A DNA stretch of 64,000 nt from Squalus acanthias. Its lineage: Eukaryota. The stretch spans positions 167,092,001 through 167,156,000 of the forward strand of contig CM059425.1 of the NCBI GenBank assembly GCA_030390025.1. The letters run 5' to 3'. The position numbers and the translations under genes were made by a program. Positions 12,855 through 23,499 of this stretch are shown one piece after another (position 1 is the stretch's first letter; each line of letters opens with the position of its first letter). Below the pieces are notes generated by a model that was not told the DNA's origin, did no database searches, and saw nothing but the letters and a program-made list of their open reading frames with translations.

Positions 12855-13074
12855 CCTCTCAAAATGGACCAGATGTTTGATAGTTAAAATCTACCCCCTC
12901 AACTGCTTTTTGGTTTATGGATTGGTTGTCTGACATCAAACCTGATGAGCCACAATTCCTTCCAGTACAAAACCAAATTGTCATTATATTTGGCCCCTGC
13001 CACAGACTCCATTCATTTGACCCCGATTCAATCAATCTTCTTAGCTGTTCTCTTAGGCTAAAATAGACTGTAAT

Positions 13075-13480
13075 CTGAGAGTGGATTGGTCGCCCAGCCC
13101 ACCGACCCGCCTCCTGAGAGTGAAATGGTCGCCCCCACAACCCGTCTCCTGAGAGTGGATTGGTCACACGCCCCTCCCCCCCCCCACCCCGGCCCACCTC
13201 CTGAGAGAGGATTGGTCACCCGACCCGCCTCCTGAGAGTGAAATGGTCGCCCCCACAACCCGTCTCCTGAGAGTGGATTGGTCACACGCCCCTCCCCCCC
13301 CCCACCCCGGCCCACCTCCTGAGAGAGGATTGGTCACCTAACCCGCCTCCTGAGAGCGGATTGGACACTTGTCTCCCCCACCCCACCCCCCCCAACCCAC
13401 CTCCTGAGAGTGGATTGGACACTTGTCTCCCCCACCCCACCCCCCCAACCCGCCTCCTGAGAGTGGATTGGTCACCCGCC
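13075..13480. repeat. compound minisatellite built on CCTCCTGAGAGTGGATTGGTCA with C-runs
   Basis: about 10 copies of CTGAGAGTG-containing units including an approximately 120-bp duplication; ends at a MITE-like terminus (GAAAATTCTCCCC, ~13530). Confidence 0.85.
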
Positions 13481-14195
13481 CCCCTGCGGGGAACCCATAC
13501 CTCCAGGTTTCCCATCTGAAAATTCTCCCCCTGCTCTTTTTCCGGCTCTGAGTTATCGGGCCCATTGTGTGCAGATACTATTGTGCCTCAGTAGATTAAA
13601 CCATTTTAATCCTCGATTAATATTGTTGCCGAAAAATATTTCTACCTTTTTATGGAAAATTCAGCTTTTGCCTGGAAGTCAATTTACTGCTGGCTGAACC
13701 AGTGTTAAGTTTGCTGCTGCCTGCTCTGGGGAAATCACAGCCAACATTAAACCATGGCAAATATTCATGCATCAGATAATGTCAGATTCTTTTCGCTACT
13801 AAAGTTAATAAAAAATGGACTGGGGAGATTATTTTTGTGATATGATGGTATTGTGCTAGTTATTATTCTATTTAAGCTAGATTTATCATTTCAGCTGATA
13901 TATCTGAAATGCCTCCTTGCCATTTGCTTTTTATCTGATTGATCAATGCACCATAAATGTCAATTCCATCATTCAGACATTGAGCCACAAGATGTTCAGC
14001 ATGTAATAAATATAATTGTGCTTCAGTCTCTTTTGACATTCTCTGGCCATGTTACACTGCTCCAGATCAGACAGTAAGCTGCATTGCCAGATTTTATTGT
14101 TTACAGCCGCTAAGAATTTCGAGCTTTAAACATATCTCTAATTTTGAGCTGTTGATTTAAAGAGCTGAAATGTGTGCTGAAATAATTTTCATGTT

Positions 14196-17100
14196 TCGTG
14201 GGGGGGCCGGCCAATCGTTGGGGGGTCAGTCGATCGTGGGGGGGTCGGTCGATCGTGGGGGGATCAGTCGATCGTGGGGGGGTCGATCGTTGGGGGGTCG
14301 ATCGTGGGGGGCGTCAGTCGATCGTGGGGGGGTCGGTCGATCGTGGGGGGGTCAGTCGATCGTGGGGGGGGTCGGTCGTAGGGGGGGTCGATCGTGGAGG
14401 GTCGATCATGGGGTGTCAGTCGATCGTGGGGGGTCAGTCGATTGTGGGGCGTCGATCGTGGGGGGGTCGATCGTGGGGGTCGATCGTGGGGGGTTCGATC
14501 GTGGGGGTCGATCGTGGGGGGTTCAATCGTGGGGGTCGATCGTGGGGGGTTCAATCGTGGGGGTCGATCGTGGGGGGGTCGATCGTGGGGGTCGATCGTG
14601 GGGGGTTCGATCGTGGGGGTCGATCGTGGGGGGGGGTCGATCGTGGGGGGGGTCGATCGTGGGGGGGTCGATCGTGGGGGGAGTCGATCGTGGGGTATCA
14701 GTCGATCGTGGGGGGGGGGGGTCGATCGTGGGGGATCAGTCGTTCGTGGGGGATCAGTCGATCGTGGGGGATGGTCCATCGTGGGGTGGTCGGTCGACCG
14801 TGGGGTGGTCGACCGTGGGGGGGTCGATCGTGGGGGGGTCGATAGTGGGGGGTTTTCATAGATCTTGGGGGGTCGTCGATCGTGGGGGTGTGTGCAGTCG
14901 ATCGTGGGGGGGGGGGNNNNNNNNNNNNNNNNNNNNNNNNNNNNNNNNNNNNNNNNNNNNNNNNNNNNNNNNNNNNNNNNNNNNNNNNNNNNNNNNNNNN
15001 NNNNNNNNNNNNNNNNNNNNNNNNNNNNNNNNGGGGGGTCAGTCGATCGTGGGGCGGTCAGTCGATCGTGGGGGGGTCAGTTGATCGTGGGGGGTCGGTC
15101 GATCGTGGGGGGGTCAGTCGATCGTGGGGGGTCTGTCGATCGTGGGGGGGTCAGTCGATCATAGGGGGGTGTCGGTCGATCGGGGGGGGTCAGTCGATCG
15201 TGGGGGGGTCGATCGTGGAGGGGTCAGTCGATCGTGGGGGGCTCTCAGTCGATCGTGGGGGGGTCAGTCGATCCTGGGAGGGTCGGCCGATCCTGGGGGG
15301 GTTGATCGTGGGGGGGTCAGTCAATCGTGGGGGGTCAGTCGATCGTGGGGGGTCAGTCGATCGTGGGGGGTCAGTCGATCGTGGGGGTCAGTCGATCGTG
15401 GGTCTGTCAATAATGGGGGGTCAGTCGATCGTGGGGTTGTCGATCGTGGGGGGGTCAGTCGATCGTGGGGTTGTCGATCGTGGGGGTTCAGTGGATCATG
15501 GGGGTTCAGTCGATCGTGGGGGGTCAGTGGATCGTAGGGGGGGTCGATCGTAGGGGGTCGGTCGATCGTGGGGGGGTCGATCGTGGGGGGTCGGTCGATC
15601 GTGGGGGGGTCGATCGTGGGGGGGTCTGTCTATCGTGGGGGGTCAGTCGATCGTGGGGGGTCAGTCGATCGTGGGGGGTCAGTCGATCGTGGGGGGTCAG
15701 TCGATCGTGGGGTTGTCGATCGTGGGGGTCAGTCGATCGTGGGGAGGTCAGTCGATCGTGGGGGGTCAGTCGATCGTGGGGGGTCAGTCGATCGTGGGGT
15801 TGTCGATCGTGGGGGGTCAGTCGATCTTGCGGGGGTCAGTCGATCGTGGGGGGTCAGTCGATCGTGGGGGTGGCAGTCGATCGTGGGGGGTCAGTCGATC
15901 GTGGGGGTCTGTCGATCGTGGGGGGGTCAGTCGATCGTGGGGGGTCAGTCGATAGTGGGGGGTCGGTCGATCGTGGGGGTGTCAGTCGATCGTGGGGGGT
16001 CAGTCGATCGTGGGGGGTCAGTCGATCGTGGGGGGGTCAGTCGATCGTGGGGGGTCAGTCGATCGTAGGGGGTCAGTCGATCGTGGGGGGTCAGTCGATC
16101 GTGGGGGGTCAGTCGATCGTGGGGGGTCAGTCGATCGTGGGGGGGTCAGTCGATCGTGGGGGGGTCAGTCGATCGTGGGGGGGGTCAGTCGATCGTGGGG
16201 GGTCAGTCGATCGTGGGGGGGTCAGTCGATCGTGGGGGGTCAGTCGATCGTGGGGGGTCAGTCGATCGTGGGGGGTCTGTCGATCGTGGGGGGGTGTCGG
16301 TCGATCAGGGGGGGTCAGTCGATCGTGGGGGGGTCAATCGTGGGGGGGTCAATCGGGGGGGTCAGTCGATTGTGGGGGGGTCGATCGTGGAGGGGTCAGT
16401 CGATCGTGGGGGGCTCTCGGTCGATTGTGGGGAGGTCGGTCGATCGTGGGGGGGTCAATCGTGGGGGGACCTGTCGATTGAGGGGGGGTTCGATCGTGGG
16501 GGTGGTCGATCGTGGGGGGGGTCGATCGTTGGGGGGTCAATCGATCGTGGGGGGGTTTGTCGATCGTGGGGGGGGTCGATCGTGGGGGTCAGTCGATCGT
16601 GGGGGGGTCAATCGTGGGGGGACCTGTCGATTGTGGGGGGGGTCGATCGTGGGGGGTCAGTCGATCGTGGGGGGGGGGTCGATCGTGGGGGGTCAGTCGA
16701 TCGTGGGGGGGGTCGATCGTGGGGGGGTCGGTCGATCCTTGGGAGGTCAGTCGATCGTGGGGGATCAGTCGATCGTGGGGGGTGTTCCATCGTGGGGGGG
16801 TCAGTCGACCGTGGGGGGATCGATCGTGGGGTGGTCGGTCGACCGTGGGGGGGGTTTCAGTCGATTGTGGTGGGATCAGTCGTACGTGGGGGATCAGTCG
16901 ATCGTGGGGTGGTCGATCGTGGGGGGTCAGTCGATCGTGGGGGGTCAGGTCGATCGTGGGGGGCGTCGATCGTGGGGGGTCGGTCGATCGTGGGGGTCGG
17001 TCGATCGTGGGGGGTCGGTCGATCGTGGGGGTCAGTCGATCGTGGGGGGTCAGTCGATCGTGGGGGGTCAGTCGATCGTGGGGGGTCAGTCGATCGTGGG

Positions 17101-17610
17101 GGGTCAGTCGATCGTGGGGGGTCAGTCGATCGTGGGGGTCAGTCGATCGTGGGGGGTCGTCGATCGTGGGGGGGTCGATCGTGGGGGGTCAGTCGATCGT
17201 GGGGGGTCAGTCGATCGTGGGGGGGTCAGTCGATCGTGGGGGGGTCAGTCGATCGTGGGGGGTCAGTCGATCGTGGGGGGGTCAGTCGATCGTGGGGGGG
17301 TCAGTCGATCGTGGGGGGTCAGTCGATCGTGGGGGGTCAGTCGATCGTGGGGGGGTCAGTCGATCGTGGGGGGGTCAGTCGATCGTGGGGGATCGGTCGA
17401 TCGTGGGGGGGTCGGTCGATCGTGGGGGGGGTCAGGCGATCAAGGGGGATCGGTCGATCGTGGGAGGGGTCGGTCGATCGTGGGGGGGGTCAGGCGATTG
17501 CTGGGGGGGGTCGGTCAATCGTGGGGGGGGTCAGTCGATCAAGGGGGGTCGGTCGATCGTGGGGGGGTCAGTCGATCAAGGGGGATTGGTCGATTGCTGG
17601 GGGGGTCACT
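14196..17610. repeat. G-rich, CpG-rich minisatellite (GTCAGTCGATCGTGGGGGG, 15-22 bp units) containing an assembly gap
   Basis: well over a hundred TCGATCGTG(G)n units; N run at about 14917-15032. Confidence 0.97.
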
Positions 17611-18040
17611 CAATCCCAGGAAGTCGATCAATTTCGGGAGAGGGAGGCAGATCGCAGCAGAAGATTTGCTTGAGGGTTAGGGAGGAAGCAGTCTTGCTCC
17701 TCCTGGCCCCCGAGCAATGCTGGAAAAGCTCTTACCTGCTGGCTCTACCATCGCCAACCTCCCTTCATCTGCCTGTTTTCTCTGGCCCTGGGAAAGACAG
17801 CCCACATCCATTAAATTTAAATGTCTGCCAAAATCTGAGGAAATAGCTAAATTAACATATTATAATCACTGACCCGCCTATCCCGAGCAGTTTACTCGGA
17901 CGCCCGCAAACCGCCATGGTTAAACTGGAAGTCGGCCCATTCACGGCGGGTTGGAGATGGGTTTTTACCGATTTAACCCCTCCCCCACCCCCCGCCCCCG
18001 CCAAACCTCCCTCGCCCATCTTGGGGGCTACAATTTGCCC
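17610..18040. mobile_element. non-autonomous DNA transposon (Harbinger MITE-like) end
   Basis: terminates in ...ACAATTTGCCCC, similar to the Harbinger-type termini elsewhere in the window. Confidence 0.4.
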
Positions 18041-18258
18041 CATTAGTCTTTATTAGCTAAGATGTATTAATATATCCATATCCAGGCTTCAATAGAATGG
18101 GATTCACATGGTGGAGGCAAAACCTGGATTCAACTGTAAAATAAAAGTTTGATGATCACTCATATTTAATACAGACTATTTTTGTTAGAAGCCGATAAAA
18201 CATTAGGGTGATTCCAGACAAGAGGAAACTCCGATTTTTACCTAACCTTCCCAGCCAA

Positions 18259-18372
18259 AACGGGGCTGGTTTGGGTCGGACATCTGATTTACACTTCGCC
18301 CAATTTTGCGCTCAATCGAGCGTCTAACCAGGCAAGGTGTAAATAGGATGTTCAGCCCAAACCAGCCCCGTT
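18259..18372. repeat. 17-bp perfect inverted repeat (MITE relic)
   Basis: AACGGGGCTGGTTTGGG (18259-18275) and CCCAAACCAGCCCCGTT (18356-18372). Confidence 0.7.
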
Positions 18373-18699
18373 CTAACCAGGCTAGCTGTGAGAAGGTATC
18401 AACAACTTTGGTTAAAACAACAGCCTTTATTTCAAAATAGACAGGTATATAGCTGTGTAACTATCACAAATATATGGAATTGCTGACACACAGTCACACA
18501 CCTTTAGCAGTCTTCTGGAACAGGCCAGTTTTTTTGGATGACTTGAAAAGGTATTTTTTCTTGTCTGGCTTTACGTGTGATATTAAAACAAAATATTGTT
18601 GAACATTTCTTCTTCCCTTCTGGGTTTACTTCCTTTTTATTAATTGTTCATTAAAAATGCATGTGTTCTGCAAAAGGTTCCGACATTTGAGCTCACAAT

Positions 18700-20399
18700 T
18701 GTAAGGGTTTCTCTCTGAACCTGTGCAATTCGTGTGGCTCTGTGCAGCCTGGATGCTAGTGCGGGTTTAGGCCTTGTTGCCTGTTCTGGTCTCCAGCCAG
18801 TCTGGGAGCACTAGACACCTGTGAGTGGTTCGACCCACTCGCCCTTACGGTTCTGACACTGGACTTAGATGCGAGAGCAGTAATGGAGATAAAACTCAGG
18901 TAGACCCGGTTGAATGGTACGAAATGGAAAATCTTTATTGCATAGTATTTAAGATTACGAAATACATGTCATAAGCACAGATTAATGACAGTACAATCTT
19001 ACACGCTGTTATGTAACTAATTTCAGGGAAACGAGGAACGAACGACACATCGTAAATGGGGGCACACATTACAATTATCCTTAAAACTTAAACCCTCCCC
19101 TATCAATATCTGCCCTAAGCTAGATTTGTAGGATCGAGACTCATGCTCACCACTCGTGATAACTCGGAGAATTCCGAAAACTCTGATCGGATGTTTTTCA
19201 CCGCAGCACCCACGTGTCGATCAGGGGTCTCTGTACCCCACTTGTTTACTCATTTCTGCTCCGGCTAGCAGGCTGGAACGTCTGCTGTCATGAAGATCTG
19301 TGTTGTCCTCGGAGTTCCGACACTGCTCAAAGAAGAGTCTTCCTGTGCCCTCGCACGGATACGATAAAATTCGAAGAATAGTCTTCCTGTGCCAGTTCTA
19401 TAAAACTCAAAAGAAAGTCTTCCTGGGCAAGGAAAGTGTCTATTCGACCTACAGGCGCGGTCGGAGCTTACTGACCGTGGCGATACGTATGGTCTTCTTC
19501 TCTTCTCATCTCATCTCATCTCATCTCATCTCGGGCCTTCGGTTCCCACACCGTTTACCGACTTCTCGGGATGGTGCGCCCGCTTCAAGGCTTCACAGCC
19601 CAGTTCCACACAGATCTTCGCGGCACGCCACGAGGTAGATCCGAGCGGATCGTAAAGTTCAACAGTCTTTAAAAGCTGCAAGAGGCAGAGACACGAGGCA
19701 GGCGGCAAGGAGTCGAAAGGATAAGAGCACAGGAGCAGCCACGAGGATAAGAGTCAACCAAATAAGAGAAAGATGGACGGTTGGAGCTTGCAGTTATAGT
19801 GCAAAATCTTCCTTTTCCCGCCCAACCTTAATGTCTTTTCTTTTGTTAGGGTTTGGCGCTCAAATGTCTTGTATAGGGTGATCTCCGTTTTAATGGGTTT
19901 CGGGGATACTCGTAACTGTCTGAGTACCTGTTAATACTTTTCCCATTGTTTAATCGGTCGGTGTTCTCCCTGGAGGGGTTTTGGGGCTTCCAAATGTTTT
20001 CTGTAACTACCCGCTAACGGCTCTCTCATCGTAGAGTCGTTGGGATTTTGCATATTAATGTCTTTGGATGGGTTCTTGATTACTTGGTACAATAGCCCTT
20101 ATTCGCACCTGGGAGACCGATCTCAGTATTTATGTGTATACTGCAAACCCATGATGTCTCGTGTATTATCTTAAATGTGCTGAGTCTTGATCGATCTTGC
20201 ACAAATGTTTATTGGAACGCCATCTTGTCTGCCTGTCGAAAAGTCTAGAATGTTCCGCCACGAGGCGTGGCGGCCATTTTACAAGCTGCTTGTGTCCACT
20301 TTGAAAACCTGACAGCATTCTGCTGAAATAAAGCTGTTTGAACGAAACTATGTGTTTTCTCCTTATTTAATAAAATCGCGATATATTGCGAATTCTACA
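18700..20399 (-). repeat. 3' LTR (1700 bp)
   Basis: near-identical to 29798-31507; minus-strand TATAA at ~19795 and AATAAA at 18934-18939. Confidence 0.97.
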
Positions 20400-20409
20400 G
20401 TCCCTCCTG
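20400..20409 (-). promoter_or_regulatory. polypurine tract
   Basis: minus strand AGGAGGGA-C immediately precedes the TGTAGAA start of the 3' LTR. Confidence 0.75.
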
Positions 20410-20847
20410 TTGATGCGAATAACTCCGCTTATCGTATCAAAAATATTGTGGTGAGCAATATTATCTCGATTTCTCCAGATCCAGAAAATTAATCCCATAA
20501 CTTAAACTATCTAGGGTCTTTGCGTCATCCTTATTTCCCAAGAAAATTACCTTCTTATAATACCGCAGGCATTATTTGCCTTTAAACTTACACCACTTGT
20601 TTTCCTTCCAGGCGTAACCAGGCCGATGCCTCTCGTATCACCTGTATATTCATATTTTTATTTAGGGAAAAGGAAAAACAAAACAAAACCAAACAATCAT
20701 TTTTAACTACAACACCATCACCAAAAATAATCAACACCAACTCTTAACATGTCGAGTTCCAAACGTATTTACAGTTTCTGAAAAATCACGATCGAGTACA
20801 ACACTTCCGAGGCGCACGTGGCAAGCGGGAGTGATGCCTTTTTCCGA

Positions 20848-23198
20848 TTACACGGTGCTTTCGTCGTGCACGCGCACGTAACGTTCTCGCCACTCTCCCG
20901 TGTTTTCGTGCTTGGTGAGGCGTTTGCCTCTCTTACAATGTACGACCAATAGGTACACTACAATAAAAACTTGGCATACAACTAAAATGTGGGAGGCTAT
21001 TCTGATCCATGAAGGCACTTCAATATTGGTGAACAGATTCCACCACGGTGGAATTACTATATCCAGAATGTCTGTCCCTATCTCGACAGTTTTCTGTTCT
21101 AGTGTGTAAAAATGTTTTTGTGACACCGCGACGGCTTTTAAAAGCTTGGTGAGGTGTTCAGGGAGAGGGGGAATGATGTATCCGAAATGCGCGACGAATC
21201 GCTGCAAGTCAGTGAAATTCTCTTTTACTGTTAGATGAACCGTGGATGGTTCAGGGATTGGGACAATTCGCTGTTGTGCTACTTGAACTTCCGCCCTGGG
21301 TTTGAAACAGAAACTGCTGTCACTCACCGGACACCGGCTACGGTTTCCATGCTGGTAGTGTTGCGCTGCAGTGGTAACACAATATGTTCCACCCCCGATG
21401 TATGCTACCTGCGGAGGCACATGATCTTGTGCCATTGCCTCCATGGTGCAATTCATGGACTTGGCGCCAGCCGTTCTGAACCCGCACTGTGGTGTTAAAA
21501 AGGCATTCAAGTGCTGGGGACACAGTATTATGTGTGCTCCCCTGCCACGACAACCAGAGAGATCTGTACCTGTCATCGTTTGCTCCCAGCGGATGACGTA
21601 GGGTGGTACCGCTGCATAGCGAATGTGGGCTCCCCCCTGAATGACACCAATGTTCTCTACCCGATACACCGGGGCGGGCTTTGCTGTGTCGCCCAAAACC
21701 GGCATACGTAATACTATACCCATGATAGTATGGTTTGATCGTCCGCAGTCCACGGGGACTGGGTATGCTTCTGAAGCTAGCCTGAGCTGGCACGGGCTTA
21801 ATGCATTCTGAAAAGGGTGGAGCGCCCGCAGGTGTTTGTTACTTATCCAGGACGGGACCAAACCTTGTTTTAAATCCTCCAAATTACTGCGGCCCTCGCC
21901 CAGTAACCACGCCCCGTAAAGCACGCACACCTCGTTCTGCGCAGCTTGATCGGATGCATTCCGATCTTCCCTAATCAGGGCATTTACCGTTCTCGCGTGT
22001 TTCTCCAGCTCTGCTATAATTTCCTTTAAATGGAGAGTCATGGCTTGGTCCTCGTGTAAACCCGACCCAACCACCTTATTTTCATCTGTTAGAATGTCTT
22101 TTAATTGCGTCTTTAAACCATTAATCTGGGTCTGCAGCTCCACACTGTCGAGAGCGTTGACCACAGATGTACCTGTGTTGAAAGCAGTGAACGCGTCGTT
22201 CACAACACCCCTTCTTTGCCTCCCCACCTGATCAAAAACTTCATGTGGTGCAGTGTACAAACTTGTTTTATCAATTTCCGCGAAATCGAATTCGTAAAAT
22301 TGTCTGAACATCTTGGTCAACAGGACCTGATATAACTGTTCTGTCTTTTTGGGGCACCACTCTGGTAACCGTACCTCGGTGAGATTTAAAATCACCGAGG
22401 CCACCGCGTAATGTACCCCCTGAAATAGTATCTGGTCTGTGGGGACCAGTACCAAACCATTCCCGGGTCCCTTACTAGTTTTAGGGCACCCTTCCTCTTT
22501 AGCTAGAACCACCGGAATCGTGGGCGGGGCTTTGCGTGGGCGCGTAATGAGTTCAGTGGCATTTACCGGGATCGAAGAGTATGGGGCTCCGCACCCCCTG
22601 GTGCTCGCATCCCACCTCATCCCCTGTCCGTTATCCTGCCATTGATTAATGAAAAATATGGAGATGCCTTTGGGGCAAACGTACTTTGACCCCCACATAC
22701 ATACATAAATTCCCTCATCCGGTTCCCACCATTTGTCCCAACAGACTCTACTTGTCCGTTTGTCCCCGTAATTGTCCGATGGGTATTATTACCCAGTCGT
22801 TCCCACTCGACCGAAGAGTTCCTCATGTTTTTGCTCAGCTTTCGCAGCCACCACCATCGGCTCAATGGGACATTCCCACTACAAGTCAAACAAATCCGTT
22901 TGCCGACGGTGACGCTGATCCTGGGTGCGATGATCCTTACTTTGGGGCACAGTAAAGAAGTCTCTTGGTAGGCAAACCCCGATGTGCTGGAATACTCCGT
23001 TGAGTTCGTTCCCAGCCATCCTGGCCACCTTCCCTTGTGGAAATAGGTGGTGGTCTCCTCAGCCTCCCGTCTTCCGGTCCCATCCACCGCGATGGGGGCC
23101 GTGTCCCCGGAGCATTCAAACACCACGACATCCTTGGTGCGGCCTCGATAGGCCAATCCACATCCGATTGCCGCGAGCAATACTAGAATTCGTTCCAT
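20848..23198 (-). CDS. env: Env: class I fusion glycoprotein, F-protein-like, with one frameshift between ~22785 and ~22720
   Basis: signal peptide MERILVLLAAIGCGLA (ATG at 23198); furin site RQRR at 22221-22210; fusion peptide and heptad repeat; Cys-rich region; TM segment IASHILVVCQVFIVVYLLVV; ~30-aa tail. Confidence 0.85.
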
Positions 23199-23499
23199 CC
23201 TTCCTTGGTTCCTGTGATCAGATAGAATGAGGTAGCCAGCCTCGCAAGAGTCTCTGGCTTTTGTGAAGGGTGAGCGGGTCCCCTGACCTCGCCTCACGTA
23301 AACTTCAATGTTCGCTGAATAAACTTTAACTAAACCTATCTCTAAAGCTCCCATCATTTTACCATTTTCTGTTAAAATTAAACTACAAACTTAACCTTAT
23401 TTAAAACTATAAACTTATTCTTAACCTTAAACTATAAACTTAGAAACTTATCCTTAAACTTATTACTGTACAGCGCCGCCCGTTCTCAGGGCGGCCCCT

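Noticed and set aside
14170..17846. long Gly/Val/Arg/Ser-rich ORFs up to 562 aa
   Set aside because: produced by a minisatellite with few stop codons; open in several frames; no domain
19300..19708. short ORFs in the LTRs (also 30398-30816)
   Set aside because: non-ATG starts, and the plus-strand ORF changes frame between LTRs with microsatellite length
22696..22708. (TATG)3 run as the cause of the env frameshift
   Set aside because: the downstream frame is open through it and encodes DEGIYVCM, so the shift lies further upstream
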